DNA from: Guillardia theta CCMP2712
Taxonomy: Eukaryota > Protista > Cryptophyta
DNA length: 64,000 nt
Direction: 5' to 3'
Assembly (NCBI RefSeq): GCF_000315625.1
Contig: NW_005434630.1
Span: 310,001-374,000 of the forward strand
In this document: piece by piece, positions 50,164-62,380 of the stretch
Numbering within the stretch: position 1 is the stretch's first letter
Layout of the letters: the number at the start of each line of letters is the position of its first letter
Made by a program: the position numbers and the translations under genes
The notes under the pieces: generated by a model
The model's input: only the letters and a program-made list of their open reading frames with translations
What the model was told of the DNA's origin: nothing
The model's database searches: none

Positions 50164-53100
50164 CTATCTTGAACTTGTGAACCTGTTGGATTCATATATC
50201 CGTGGCACCGTTTTTGGAGAGGAGGATATTCCCTCTCGTTCTATCACAGCACCATTCATGGCTGTCACCAAAACTTTATTGTGAGGTTGCTCATATGCAG
50301 CTGAATAGCCACAGAGGAGATGATGAAAGAATAGCTCGAGACGACAGAGAAGCCGAACAACCAGGAGGCATGGAGAGTGGGAAGGAGAAGGTTTACAGCC
50401 CCTGATGACAGATGTCAGCCAAGGGACCTGAAGCAAGAGGATCCTGCCTGTCAGCAAGTTTGACAGCAAGAAGATGGCGAGCAGGTTTCTGTTCAGAGCA
50501 TCGCAGAGCAGCTGAGAAAGTTTGAGAGGAGCCAACACAGCATGTTGGTGTGTGTGATTGGGTGTGTGTTGTTGGGAACCTGGCAAGAAATCTTCTCCAT
50601 CCTCCTCTGCTTGAGGATGGTTCCGTCCTTCGGTCCCTGCAGAAAGTGGACCAGTATCTGCACATCAGGTGATCAAAGGGAAGAGAAGGGAGAAGGGAGG
50701 AAAGAGGAGAGGAGGGAGGAAGGAGGAGAGGAAGAAGGAGGGAGGTGGTGGGAGGATGAACCTCGACGGTCAGAAACTGACACAGCATCAGGCCCTGTCG
50801 CCAACATCAGCAAGGCTTATCATTTCCCAACTGACGCGTCACATTGTACGCGATCGTCCAGCACACGTAGCTCAGGTTGACAAGGCGCCTGCTGGTCTGT
50901 AGACCCATCCCCAGCTAACAGGAACACCGTCAGCTCCTCCTCCTCCTCCCCTTGTGGCCAGTCACCTCAAGGACCTCAACGAGCATAGCGAAGGCCATCG
51001 AGCCAGCAGAGAGACTCGCCCACAGGCCCTGCCAACTCTGCTCCTTCCTCTACGAGGCGCCATCACGTATGGCCTCATGTTCAGCTACTGTACCTGCTCC
51101 GCGAAGATTCGCTTCCCCATGGCCTGCCAGTGGGCAGTCAGCTCCTCGCCTCCTCCACCTCAACCCCAGCTCACCACCCCCGCGAGGAAGAGCGACGTGT
51201 AGCCCACCTGCCATGCCCGATCACGCCAGCGCTGCTAGCGGGGGACCAACTCACGCATCCCATGATCCCTTCCCTGTTCGCGCTGAAGATGCTCGTGCGA
51301 GGAGCCTGCAAGCTCGTGAGGGCTCAGATGGGGACAGGGCGTTTGTGGAAGACTTCGAGGATGTAACTCTGCAGTCCGCTCCTGTGAAGGAGGAGTTCGT
51401 ACCCCGAGCTGATCGCCAGTACAGAGATGGCCGAGAGCTGGAAGTGTCGGTGAGATCGCAAGAGCCCCACAGTCTCTCCTGTACCGTCTCATCCACGGGC
51501 ACGAGACTCCCAAAGATCGAGATGAAGGCGAGAGTGAAGAAAAAGTTCCAGTGAACTCCGTACTCGCTGACCTGCTCCTCCATCAGCTCAGCCACCCACG
51601 TCGCTCGTCGACATGCTCATGGTAGTCTGAAGCTCGGCACGCCAGCAATCGCACACAGCCGATGCCCAGGAGAGGAGAAGCTGAGAGGAGAGCAGCTCGC
51701 TGCCCCAACGTCACCTCCCATCCTCACTTTCCATCCTAAGTACCAGACGCTTAACGGCGCTCATGGTGGGTTTCCTTGCGAGAGGAGAGACCATCGCCTG
51801 TTGTCCTTGCGGTGAGGAGGAGGAAACAGGTCACATCCATCTACCTGCGTAAGAAGAACTGAACCCACACCCGCGTCCATGAGAGACACGCCGAACGTCT
51901 CTGTCTTGGCAAACCTCCTCGGAAAGCTCGGGAAGTCAACTTCATGCCGTATCATTCGAAGCCAAGTGAATGCAGGGCAGGACAACCAGCAAGGATGGCG
52001 ATGCAGGTAGCAAGCATCATGGTTCCTCTGCGGTCAACGAAGAGCAAGCGGATGAGTCAAGCACCAGAAGAGGGGAAGAGGGAGGGGAAGGGGGAGGGGA
52101 GAGGGAGGGGAGGGGAGGGGGAGGGGGAGAGGAAGAGGGGTGGAGATGGGGAGAGAGAGTGAGAGAAAGGGGGATGGGGAGGAGGAGGGGGAGAGAGAGG
52201 GAGAGGGGGTGAGAGCAAGAGAGAGCAGGGGAAGGCAGCTGGTGACGGGAGGGCAAGATCATGGTAACGACGCACCTGTAGCTGGTCACGTAGGCCTTAC
52301 GGGGCTGAGAGGATCTTTCAGTAGGAGGAGGCCCGAATCATGGCGCGCACCTCCCGAAGTGAAACTTGGAGATCCTTGACAGACTCCGAGGCGTCTGGCT
52401 CAGCCGTCAGATTCAGACTCGCCCCTCCACATCGGCATACTTCGGATAGAAAGCCTTCCGAGCACGACAAGGAGGCAAGGAATGGAGAGGAGGATGAGTT
52501 GCAGGGCTGGAGCAATGTCAGCGATGAAGACCCTGCTCGATGTCAAGGTCTCTTACTGATCGCATGTTGAGGGAGTACGAAGGAGGTGTAGAGGGGAAGA
52601 ACGATGACGATGACGTTGAGCAAGAAGTAGAGCGCCTGCAGGTCGTTCATCTCCACCATGATCACACGGAAGAAAGATACTGGAGAATGCTGCGAACCCA
52701 GAAGGCCGAGCTCAATGCACTGCAGATACTGTTAATGTTGCGATGGAGGAATGCGGTCGAGGCGCTGTGAGGTTATGTTGGTGGGTACCTGCTGAGCGAA
52801 GACAGAGATCGGAGCGATGGACGTGATGAGAAAGATTTCCAATGATGTGCCGCCGTCATGGCCTGAAAGACAAGATTACCAAAGTGAAATCTTGAGCGTC
52901 TAGTCGGGAAGATTTGTTGTTCTTGTTGGTTGTGATAATGACGGCGACAACGACGACAAGGACGATGCAGATGATGGAGATGATTATGATGATTAGTATG
53001 AGTATGAGTATGAGTATGAGTATGAGTATGAGGAACAAGACGAGTATGAGTATCAGTATGAGGAAAAAGACGAGTATGAGTACGAGTATGAGGAACAAGA

Positions 53101-53204
53101 CGAGTATGAATACAAGTATGAGTATGAGTATGAGGATGCTGGTGTTCTGCCATATCGCTCACATCACCATGGTAAAACGCCTCCTTCTCTGCCTTGCTAG
53201 CCAT
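50164..53204 (-). CDS. PIGW: GPI inositol acyltransferase PIG-W/GWT1, multi-exon
   Basis: [86 protein letters not shown]. Confidence 0.95.
52995..53135 (+). repeat. (GAGTAT)n compound tandem repeat with ~30-bp higher-order units, in the first PIG-W intron
   Basis: gagtatgagtat runs interrupted three times by gaggaacaagac/gaggaaaaagac. Confidence 0.85.
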
Positions 53205-53272
53205 GGCGATCGACTTCCCAAAAATTCACGCCCGCCTCAGGTCCGTTCAGTCCCTTGCTGCACTGTTGCTTC

Positions 53273-54310
53273 ATGGCAGGGCGAGTGGTGGACGACGCCT
53301 ATCTGCATGCGCTGCTGGACAAGGAGGAGGAAGGTAGGAGGAGAGGAGAGGAGAGGAGAGGAGAGGAGAGGAGAGGAGAGGAGAGGAGGAGGAGGGAGTT
53401 CAAGAGCAGGAAAGGGGAGGGGAGGGGGGAGGAAGAGCGGTGGAGGTGAGAGGGAAAGGAGATCGTGAANNNNNNNNNNNNNNNNNNNNNNNNNNNNNNN
53501 NNNNNNNNNNNNNNNNNNNNNNNNNNNNNNNNNNNNNNNNNNNNNNNNNNNNNNNNNNNNNNNNNNNNNATGGGAGGGGAGGGGAGGGGAGGGGAGGGGA
53601 GGGGAGGGGAGGGGAGGGGAGGGGAGGGGAGGGGAGGGGAGGGGAGAGGAGGGGAGGGGAGGGGAGGGGAGAGGAGAGGAGAGGAGAGGAGAGGAGAGGA
53701 GAGCAGAGCAGAGACAAGGAGAGGAGAGGAGAGGAGAGGAGAGGAGAGGAGGGGTGCATCAGGCTGTTCTAGAGCAGGAGAGGGGAGGGGAGGGGTGAGG
53801 AAGAGCGATGGAGGCGAGAGGGAAATGAGATCATTGAGGAGGAAGAGGAGGAGAGGGGGGAGGAGGAACAGGTGGCATGTGGTGGTGGAGGAGGCAAGAT
53901 CAGGCTAACCCGCGCCATGTCTCGTCGTGCTGATACCTGCTGTCATAGAACCGGACGTCGTCGTATGGACAAGGGAGCAAGTCATGGCTAACCTGCACAA
54001 GCCACTGAGAGACTATGCTCCTCGGGCGACTCCGAGACGCTCGCATGCTGCAGAGGAGGATCAGCAAGGTGGAAGCGAGAGGAGGAGCGAGCGAGTGAGA
54101 CTGGGGTTGCCGGTCCGAGCATCAACAGCTGGATCGGTGAAGGAGGCTCGATGGACGCTGAAGGTTCTTGAATGGAGGGGGAGGGACTGGCTCAGGACCA
54201 TGTCGCTGCTACTCGTGGCAGGCATTTCGCCCAAGTTGGTTTTCACCATCTACAGAGGATTCTTGAATCTCTCTGATGTGTTGGAGAAAACTTACAGGTA
54301 CACAGCATAA
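53273..54310 (+). CDS. Hypothetical protein, head-to-head with PIG-W; its intron contains the assembly gap
   Basis: MAGRVVDDAYLHALLDKEEE|gt..ag|EPDVVVWTREQVMANLHKPLRDY..VLEKTYRYTA*. Confidence 0.5.
53470..53569. other. Assembly gap (100 N) within (GAGGA/GGGGA)n microsatellite
   Basis: Run of n characters. Confidence 0.99.
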
Positions 54311-54357
54311 CTCCAGGAAGACCGGAACCAGATTGAGTTAGAGAGTGAGTGAATTAA

Positions 54358-56619
54358 TTAAGTGCATTCCATTAGATCTTGTAAATAGTTGAACTTTTGC
54401 TTGTTCGTTTTCATCTTCTTCCAATCCCAGTAAGGAACTTCAACCTGCAGGAGAGGGTCAGACAGGCAGAGCAGACAGCCACACCCTGCCAGTTCGATGC
54501 CATGCTGGAGCAGCAGGAACCGCTTCAGCACCGTCCCACCTTCTCATGGACTGCAGGTCAGGACGTGCTGGGAGAAGAGCTGTTGAGCACCGCAGGGCTC
54601 CTGGGAGGGGACGAGGTAGTGCGAGGGCCCGTTCAGCTCAAGCACGTGCATGGCGCTTCCTCTTTCCATCACGACGTCCAAGGAGAGCCCTACATGAGGC
54701 ATGAGAAGAGACGGACCGAACGCCCTCCGGCTACCGCTGCCACCATGGATCTGCTCTTCATACACCTTGAGCTCTTGCGAGCTTGCCTGGGATCTCTTGG
54801 CGATCTCCACGAAACTCGTGTGGAAACGCGACTGGTTGCTGCGCTCCCCTGCTGGCCGTTGAGCTTGCAGCAGGGGGGTAAGAGGCTGCTCACCTTGCTT
54901 ACTGTAGGGCGACTCCTCAAACACAATCCTTGCAAGCCTCCAGAACTCCGGGAAGGAGAAGTCTTCGTCGCGGAACTGCCCGCCCGGAAAGACTCTGCAG
55001 CATTCTCTGAACAGGTGCAGGCGTGTAATCATCGGGCGGTTCCGATCCGCCTTCATCGTCGACAGCTTCCCAGGGACCAGATTCCTGCTGACGAGACCGT
55101 TGAAGCAGGTCAAAATCCATTGAAAGAACTTCCGCATTCGCTGGCAGAAGTCTTTGTCCACGTCGAGCTTCTGCTGATACACTGACTTGCGCCTAACACA
55201 GTGACATGCGAGGACACAAGAGGCTCCCCACGCAAGCTTGCAGACATTTCTGAAGTCCATCTGCCCCGTGCTCACCAACGTCCTCTCAGCCATCTGCAGG
55301 TAGAACTCGAAGTCCTGATAGTTCAAGTAGCCGAAATGATCCCAAAGCTTCGAGGCAGTGCTGGCAGCAAAGTTTATTGACCAGCGGAGTCGGGAAGAGC
55401 AGAGAAGTAGCAGTGGGAACAGCAGTCGTGGGAGTACGAGAAGCAACACGAGGGGGAGGATGAGCAGGGGCGAAGAGGAGGAGCAGGAGGAGCAGGAGGA
55501 CAACAAGGAGAAGGTGGTGGTGGAAGCGGAGGCGGAGGATTGGTTACCTGGAGTTGAACGCAGCTCCTCTTTGCAACAGTCCCGTGCTCCACTCGCTGAT
55601 GATCTGAAGGACGTTTTCTTCCCTCCATCTCAAGTGCACCAGCCTTTCGAGAACCTCCGCCAGCTTCCTCGACCATTGTCAGCCCCACAAAGGCATCGAA
55701 CGACCTCACCGTCTCGAGATCGAAGTCCCTGGGAGGCGTTAAGACAAAACCGTTGGACAAGTGCTTCATTGCCCTGTGTGCGATTGTTGGCGGCAGCCTG
55801 TTTCCACATCCCCTCAGAGGTGTTCTTCCCGGTCGACCAAACTTTTCGATGAAGCTGAAGGATCATTACAAGGATGTCATTCCATGTTTCATCCCTCCCG
55901 CTCGCCTGAAGATTGCAAGGAAGTGCGGTACCATCAACGACTCCGTGTCAAGGTTTGGCAGCTGGCTGACCAGAAAGTTGAACAAGTCCTTCGAGTCCTG
56001 GGGAGATGAGATCAGGAGCACAGAACCTCTCCACAACGAGCGAAACCCACGGGACTGTCCTCCATTCTCTTTTCAAATGCTGACACCAGACGAGAGAAAT
56101 CTTCGGCACTGCCTAGGTTGCCCCTCCTGTTCCTCAAGATCGCGGCTTCTATCTGGATTCGGCGCATCAGATACGGTGGAATGGCGATCTATCGATTGTT
56201 ACCTTCTTCATGAGTGCATCATTGCCCAACTTGCAACCAACCTGTGCCAGAAGCGAGAGCTCTCCCACGCTCCATTCCGTTAAATCCGCTCTGTCCGCAC
56301 ACCGACCAACCTTCGACAGAATCTCTCCATCTACTGGGCGAGGAGAGGAAACCAAGGACGCACATACTTTTCGCAAACTTGAGCTCATTTCTGCCTCACT
56401 CATCGCAATCAACCTCTCGATAGTGAAGCTCTTCAGTTTGCTGCCCCTACACTTCTCCCCGGCGCCTCCTCCCCTGCCTGATCCTCCTCCTCTGCCTGCT
56501 GCTGATGCAGCCGCTGCTACCGCTCCTGAAGTTCTCTCGTCCTCTCGTCCTCCTCCTCCTCCTCCTCCTTGCAGGCTCAGCACCAGCATCATCAGCCACA
56601 CCCGTATGACCAGCCGCAT
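54358..56619 (-). CDS. RAP-domain protein with an N-terminal signal-like leader (probable organellar RNA-processing factor)
   Basis: SRFHTSF..LSLDVV..VLELNGPSHY..GGTVLKRFLLLQHG..VEVPYWDW is the RAP domain signature. Confidence 0.88.
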
Positions 56620-56727
56620 TGAAGCACCATGAACTTGCAGAGGTCTTATATATAATTGATCCTAGAGTAAAACTTCATGTTTGCTATAAAATCTATAATT
56701 TGTCAGATTTCTTTATAATTTACTATA

Positions 56728-58153
56728 ATGCGGTTTGTGGGACCCAGGTGGCCGCTTGACATGTGGAGGAGAACATGTAGGCGGCTGCTGTCCTCCGGAC
56801 AAAATTTCTACCAACCCCAGGTCCTCCTCCTCCTCTGTCTCTGTCTCTGTCTCTGTCTCTGTCTCTGTCTCTTTCTTTCTCCGTCTCTGTCTCTCTGTCT
56901 CTGTCTCGCCCCCCCCCCCCCCTTACCCCCCCTCTCTCTCCCTCTCTCTCTCTGTGTTCAGGCCCTTCTCGTAGCCCTCTTGTCTCTTTCCCACATGGAC
57001 TTCTTTATCCGTGTGCAGCTACCCTTGTTGCTGTTCTTCGCGTCTTCCTCGTATATCCTTCTTGTTTCGTGATGAAAAGCGTCTCCACCTCATCTTTTCA
57101 AGTCTTGACCTGATGAACCATCGCAGCATGTCGTGACGCCTGACAACAGCCGAGTAGTGATAACTCCAGGAGCAGACAGCACAGGAAGGTAAGGCTCGAC
57201 TGCCCCTTCTCCTTGTCTGATACGCTCTGTCAGGCTGCTTCCTCCTGCCAACGCACTCCTCATATTTCTGCATGGGCTAGGCGACAGCGCTCAGGCATGG
57301 TCGGGCGTTTGCTTTCAGCTGGCGATCAAGTATCGGCACGTCAAGTTTGTTCTCCCAAATGCCCCTAAGTGAAGAGAGATGAGAGAAGGGGAGGATGCAA
57401 GTGACTGGGAGGTACAGGATACCTGTGACGGTCAACAAGAAGGAAGTCATGCCTGCATGGTTTGACATAATCGGAAAGCCATCGAGATCAGACGTGAGCT
57501 GATCTGCTCTAGAGCAGCTTCTGACGTGCTTGACGCGCAGGAGCCTTGCGATGGGATCGAAGAGAGCAGGAGCATCCTTCAGAATATGATAGCGAAAGAG
57601 ATCGAGGTGAAGGAGGAGGTCTCAGTCCCATCACCGCTGAGGCAAGTCGTTCTAGTCTGGTATCCCAGCGAGGAGGATCATTCTTGGAGGCTTCTCGCAA
57701 GGTGGAGCACTCGCTCTGTTAGTATCTCCAGCGATCGGAAGCTACACGTGACTTCATCCCTCAGGTACACGGCGATGAAGGAGCAGCAGGGGCTAGGTGG
57801 AGCCATGTCGCTCTCGGGCTACCTCCCCTCCTCCGAGCTCAGAGCCACGGAGCGATCCAAGGACACCCCAAGTAGGATCGCATGCTTGTTTGCATGCTTG
57901 CCGCTGGGTTCTGACTGTAGTGCAGTTCTCATGTGCCATGGCGCTGCCGACCAGGTGGTACCCCTCAAGGAGGCTCTCCTTGCTCGCGATAGGCTCAAGT
58001 CGTCGGGATACTCGGTGAGGTCCCGTCGGAGTGATGGCGGGTGAGATGACGAGGTGAAAGGTGAATTATCGCGAGTTCAAGAATCTTCCGCACGATTTCT
58101 CCATGGAGGAGTACGATGTGATAAGCCGGTGGATAGGAGAGATCGTCCCGTGA
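56728..58153 (+). CDS. Acyl-protein thioesterase / lysophospholipase (APT1/LYPLA family); start uncertain
   Basis: LIFLHGLGDS, KFVLPNAP.IPVTVN..MPAWFDI, RIILGGFSQGGALAL, LSGYLP, MCHGAADQVVP, LPHDFSMEE. Confidence 0.93.
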
Positions 58154-61100
58154 AGGAGTACGGAGTGATAGCTGCGGGATGAACTGGTTCTGGGTGGAGG
58201 AGGGGACAGTGGAGGCTGGCTGGTCATTTCTTGGAGCACATCTCAAGACGGTATCCCCCCCAAGGACCTGCCGACGATGGTCATACGAGGAAAAGCAACG
58301 AGGCAGAGGCTACCGAGAAAGTCCCGGAGCTTGAGGAGGAGGCCCTCTGCGACGACACGATCGTCGGTCTGAGGGTGGAGTGAGGGCAGTGCTCAAACGG
58401 GCAGAGGGTCAGGCACCTGGTTCTTGAGGTAGTTGTAAGGGTCGATACACTCACACTCAAGCTCGAAGTCTGGCTCTGTGTTCATCTGCTGGTTGCGGGC
58501 CTGCATTCCTCATTAGCATGAAACAACCTAGGGAGGGAAGGAGGGGAGGGTCAAGGGAAGGGAGACAAGGAGAAGGGAGGCAGAGAAGGAAGGGGTCGGC
58601 TGGAGATGATGGAGCGGTAGGGCAAGGAGGCTCTTGGTTCTTACTTGGCCCAAGGTCTTCCCCGACCAGACAAGAGTGAAGTCAAAGCGCCAGACTGTTG
58701 GAGTATTAGAAGGACATTCCATGACAGATTAGAGAGACAAAAGAAGGAACAAGAGGAAGAACAGCAGAGCACGATTAGCACTGGGTGAAAGCCGGAAGAC
58801 CCTCAAGGTACCTGGTTTCGCCGCATTGGAGGGAGTGTAGAGAAAGCTCTTCCTCTGCTTTATCCTCACACGAATCTGTGTGCCATTGCGAATGATCGCA
58901 GGATCGCCCTTCAGTATTCGTTCTTCGCTCAGTGCGATGCGAACATCGGAGCTGAGCGCCGTGAGGGGCTGTCCGTCCCCGATGGTCGAGATGTATGCGA
59001 AGTCCTTAATCTGCCAAGTAACGTCTCAGCCCTTCCAGTGAACTTGCTGCAGTCCTCTTGCCTTCAAGATCTTCTTCTGCAGTACCATCTTGGTCGCTTG
59101 TTGAGTATCCTATTGGAGAAAATGAGCGCACAGTCAACTAGAAATGCTCAGGAGGCGGTTAGCACGGATCGAAACAAGAGGAAAGATCAGCGAACGGCAG
59201 AGGGGGCAACATCCAAGGATGCATTCACAATTGTGTTCAACCTCATTGAAAGCGACGGCCACCCTGTACTGGTTTGAACCGACCTTGAGGATGTAGTCAT
59301 GAATCTCTTTCCACTCTCCATGTTCTGTCCAATCATCCCATCCCTCGCACATGCCCAGCACCCTGTCCATAAACTCCCGTGTGACTCCATTGCGAAATCG
59401 GCCGGGTGAGCCGGAAGTCCCCGGAAGCCACTTCCCTAGCCGAGCTTCTAGCTCGTATGAAGTGCTGCCGTCAGCCAGGCTGCCTGAAACATTCTTGAAC
59501 ACGTTGGATCTCAGCGACGCAACCATCGGTATCGTTTCCTCGATCGCATCCTTGATCGACAAGTCACCCGTCACAATGTTCGCTAGCCTCTTGATGGAGT
59601 GAGTGGTCTGGATCGCGCGGAAGAACTTCACTTTCTCCTGCGAGTCACTCCATATCAAATTTCGGTTGATCCCTGAGAGGTCCACAATGTCTATGCAGAG
59701 GACCTTGTCGACATCTGCGCAAGGATCTCCCAAGCTCTCGCTGAAAGGAATGGAAAGCGAGAGAATCCCTTGCTTGACACAGGCTCTGACCTCCTGCGTG
59801 ACATCCGTGCCGACTGTCAGCCACATCCCGTCATCGTCCTCGAGCACTGTCTCCCAGAGATACCGCGGATGGCCATACCATGCTCGGACAACCTCACGGA
59901 GCTTGATTTCCTTCCTTTCCTTCTTGATGCTACCAGATCTGTCTTCCGGCATTGAGTAAACAGTCCCATCCTTGGTGCGGAGAGAGCCTGAGGTCAAGCT
60001 GACGGGATACCTGAGAGAGCAAGAGGGGAGATGTAAGCAGCACGTGATCATTGTGGATAACAAACCTTTTTCCTTGTTCAACAGGTTGCGGTGTTGACTG
60101 CACTGGAGGTTTGGGCATGTTGCTCCGATACCTCTGGAACTTCGATCGCAGATTTACTGTTTTGTTCTTCCCCGTGGCCACTTGGTCCGGCTGATCCTTC
60201 AAAGAATTCTATCCAAACACTGATGAGTATGAAAGATAAAGAAGGGGAAAATTGAACTAAACTCCTCACCTCAATAACATCGAGCAAAGCATCAATCGGA
60301 CGAAACAGAGCATCGACAGCAGGAACAGTCTTCGTCCATTTAGCAAAGCGAACTAAGACCTGGGCTGTTGTTAGAAGTGACAGAGGTCCCAGAGCAAGGG
60401 ATCATACAGCTTCTGGAACCGATTCGTAATACTTCAGATCATCTGAATAGGGCACAGACGAAGAATCGGAGGAGTTCTAGGGCTCAACTTCAGAGTGAAT
60501 CGGCTGTTAGATCAGAATCTACCATCCGTCGGTTCAGCTCAGCCCACCTGTCTCAATGTCAAGGAGAGGAAACAAGACAATGGATGGCTCACCTCGCCTT
60601 CCTTGCACTCAGGATTGCAGCCTGTCGTGCCTGCAACTCGTTTGACAAGAGTCACAGGAATAATGAAGGAACTTACGCGCGAAGCCTCCCGAAACCTGTC
60701 AATCTTTTCTGTGATGTTGGATCTAGGAGCTTCTTGTGACGCCTCAACATCACGCCCCTCCTTATTCCCTCCAGTGCTTGCTGCAGGATGCAAACGAAAC
60801 GCTTCCAGGGCTTTTGGGTCCTCCTCAAATTCTTCGACTAGACGTTTCGACAAGGAGGGTTCTGACGGCACCGACGGAGGACACACGGGCATTACTTTGG
60901 GGGATGGCTGGTCTGATCTCGTCAAGTTTTCAAACAGAAACAGCTCCGGATCCTGTGGGCCCTGGGGACCTGAGCTGCTCCCTCTCCCTCGCCTCCTCCG
61001 CTTGGCATGCAAGCAGAGCCTCGAGGTCACAGAGTGCGATGGAGCCCTGCAGATGTCTGCTACATGCAGGAGACGCCGAGCAGGAGACATGCTCAGCTCT

Positions 61101-61848
61101 GGAACCGCCTGCCTGTCTCTGTTGATGTTGAGAATCTTCACGTTCAACCACTGGAAGGCTGCTGGTTGAGACAGGGGCACGACATGGCCATCAATCTGTC
61201 TGGTCAACACCCCATCGTACGAGCTGATGCCAAGCTCGATGGAGAAGACAAGGAAGAAGAACGTATTGCGGATCATGTCGAAGTGAGGTAGACAATGCTG
61301 CAGCACCCTCAACACACAGATCCCGGTCGAGGTCCACAACTCATCAACAACAAATCAAACCTTCGGCGAGTTAGACCCAGTGATCATGTGCAGCGAGATG
61401 ATCTGCTCATCGCTGGAGAGACACAAATCCGTACGTCTTAAAGGGCGTCTAGATCTGAATCCTGTACAAGTTCCTGTCGGACACAAATCTCAAGACTTAC
61501 TTCCTTGCGGTGATGAGATTGCCCATGGCGTCGATGACCAGCTTACACTTAGCTTGTCGCTGAAGATAGAGCGTACCGATTCTTCATTGGGTTGCATGGA
61601 TTCTTCACGAAGCTTGAGCATATTGATTCAAGCAGCACCACCCGTAACTCGCACTAGAGCCTGGCTGTAATGGCTTCTGCGCCCTCTCACTCTGTCAACC
61701 CTCACAGCGTCTCTCACATTCATACACGGCTCCCTCTCGTCCCCCTCTTCGCTCTCTCCTCCTCACTCCTGTCTCCTGTCTCCTGTCTCCGAAACTCTCT
61801 CTTCTTCCCTTCCTCTTCCTGCGCCTCACTGCCGCAAACTCTCCGCCA
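57995..61848 (-). CDS. Multi-domain protein ending in a CYTH/TTM-type RNA 5'-triphosphatase-like domain, preceded by a DUF3395-like domain (the 5' part may be a separate gene)
   Basis: YELEARLG..FRNGVTREFM..WKEIHDY..DVRIALSEE..RVRIKQRKSF..WRFDFTLV..FELECE; upstream RAWYGHP..DVTQEV..LGDPCADVDKVLCI. Confidence 0.7.
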
Positions 61849-62380
61849 TGGCAATCCTGCTTTTCCACCCACCCCGTTCTTCTCTTAGTAACCCACCTCC
61901 GGATTTTCACCCACCCATCCACCCCTGTATTTATAAACAAAAGTACCCACCATAAACCTTAGTTGGTAACAAGCACCCACAATGGACCCGTGTGTCTCGA
62001 CTACCCCCACCCCCGCTATACATGGGTCACAGGAAGTAGGGAGAGAGGGGTCATCTTGCTATGTTTAAGGGGGGTCATAGGTGTCTGTAGGATGGGTGGC
62101 TTTCAAGAGTATGAGGGCGATGAAGGCACTGACGATGATGAAGCGTCGAGAAGCATCATGGGCCTGAGAACGAGAAAGTAAGGAGGACAAGGACGAGGAC
62201 GAGGAGCAGGACGAGGACGAGGATCAGGACGAGAGGAAAGGAGGTCAGGAGTGACAGCAAAACAGGAACAGGAACGAGAGAAGAGGCAACGAGAGGGCTG
62301 AGGAGGGGGAACCGGGGTGACTCACGGGGACTCGATCTCCCTGTCCCTGTGAGTTCGTAACAAGGGTCTCCACTGCTCAC

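Noticed and set aside
52773-53908. ORFs with HT, SM, IL, EERRG and EGRGG repeats
   Set aside because: Translations of intronic microsatellites and the N gap
54397-56283. Plus-strand ORFs of 262, 164 and 176 aa
   Set aside because: Antisense to the RAP-domain gene
58315-58330. GAAAGTCCCGG resembling RNase MRP CR-I
   Set aside because: It lies inside a minus-strand coding exon (KLRDFL) with no partner motif
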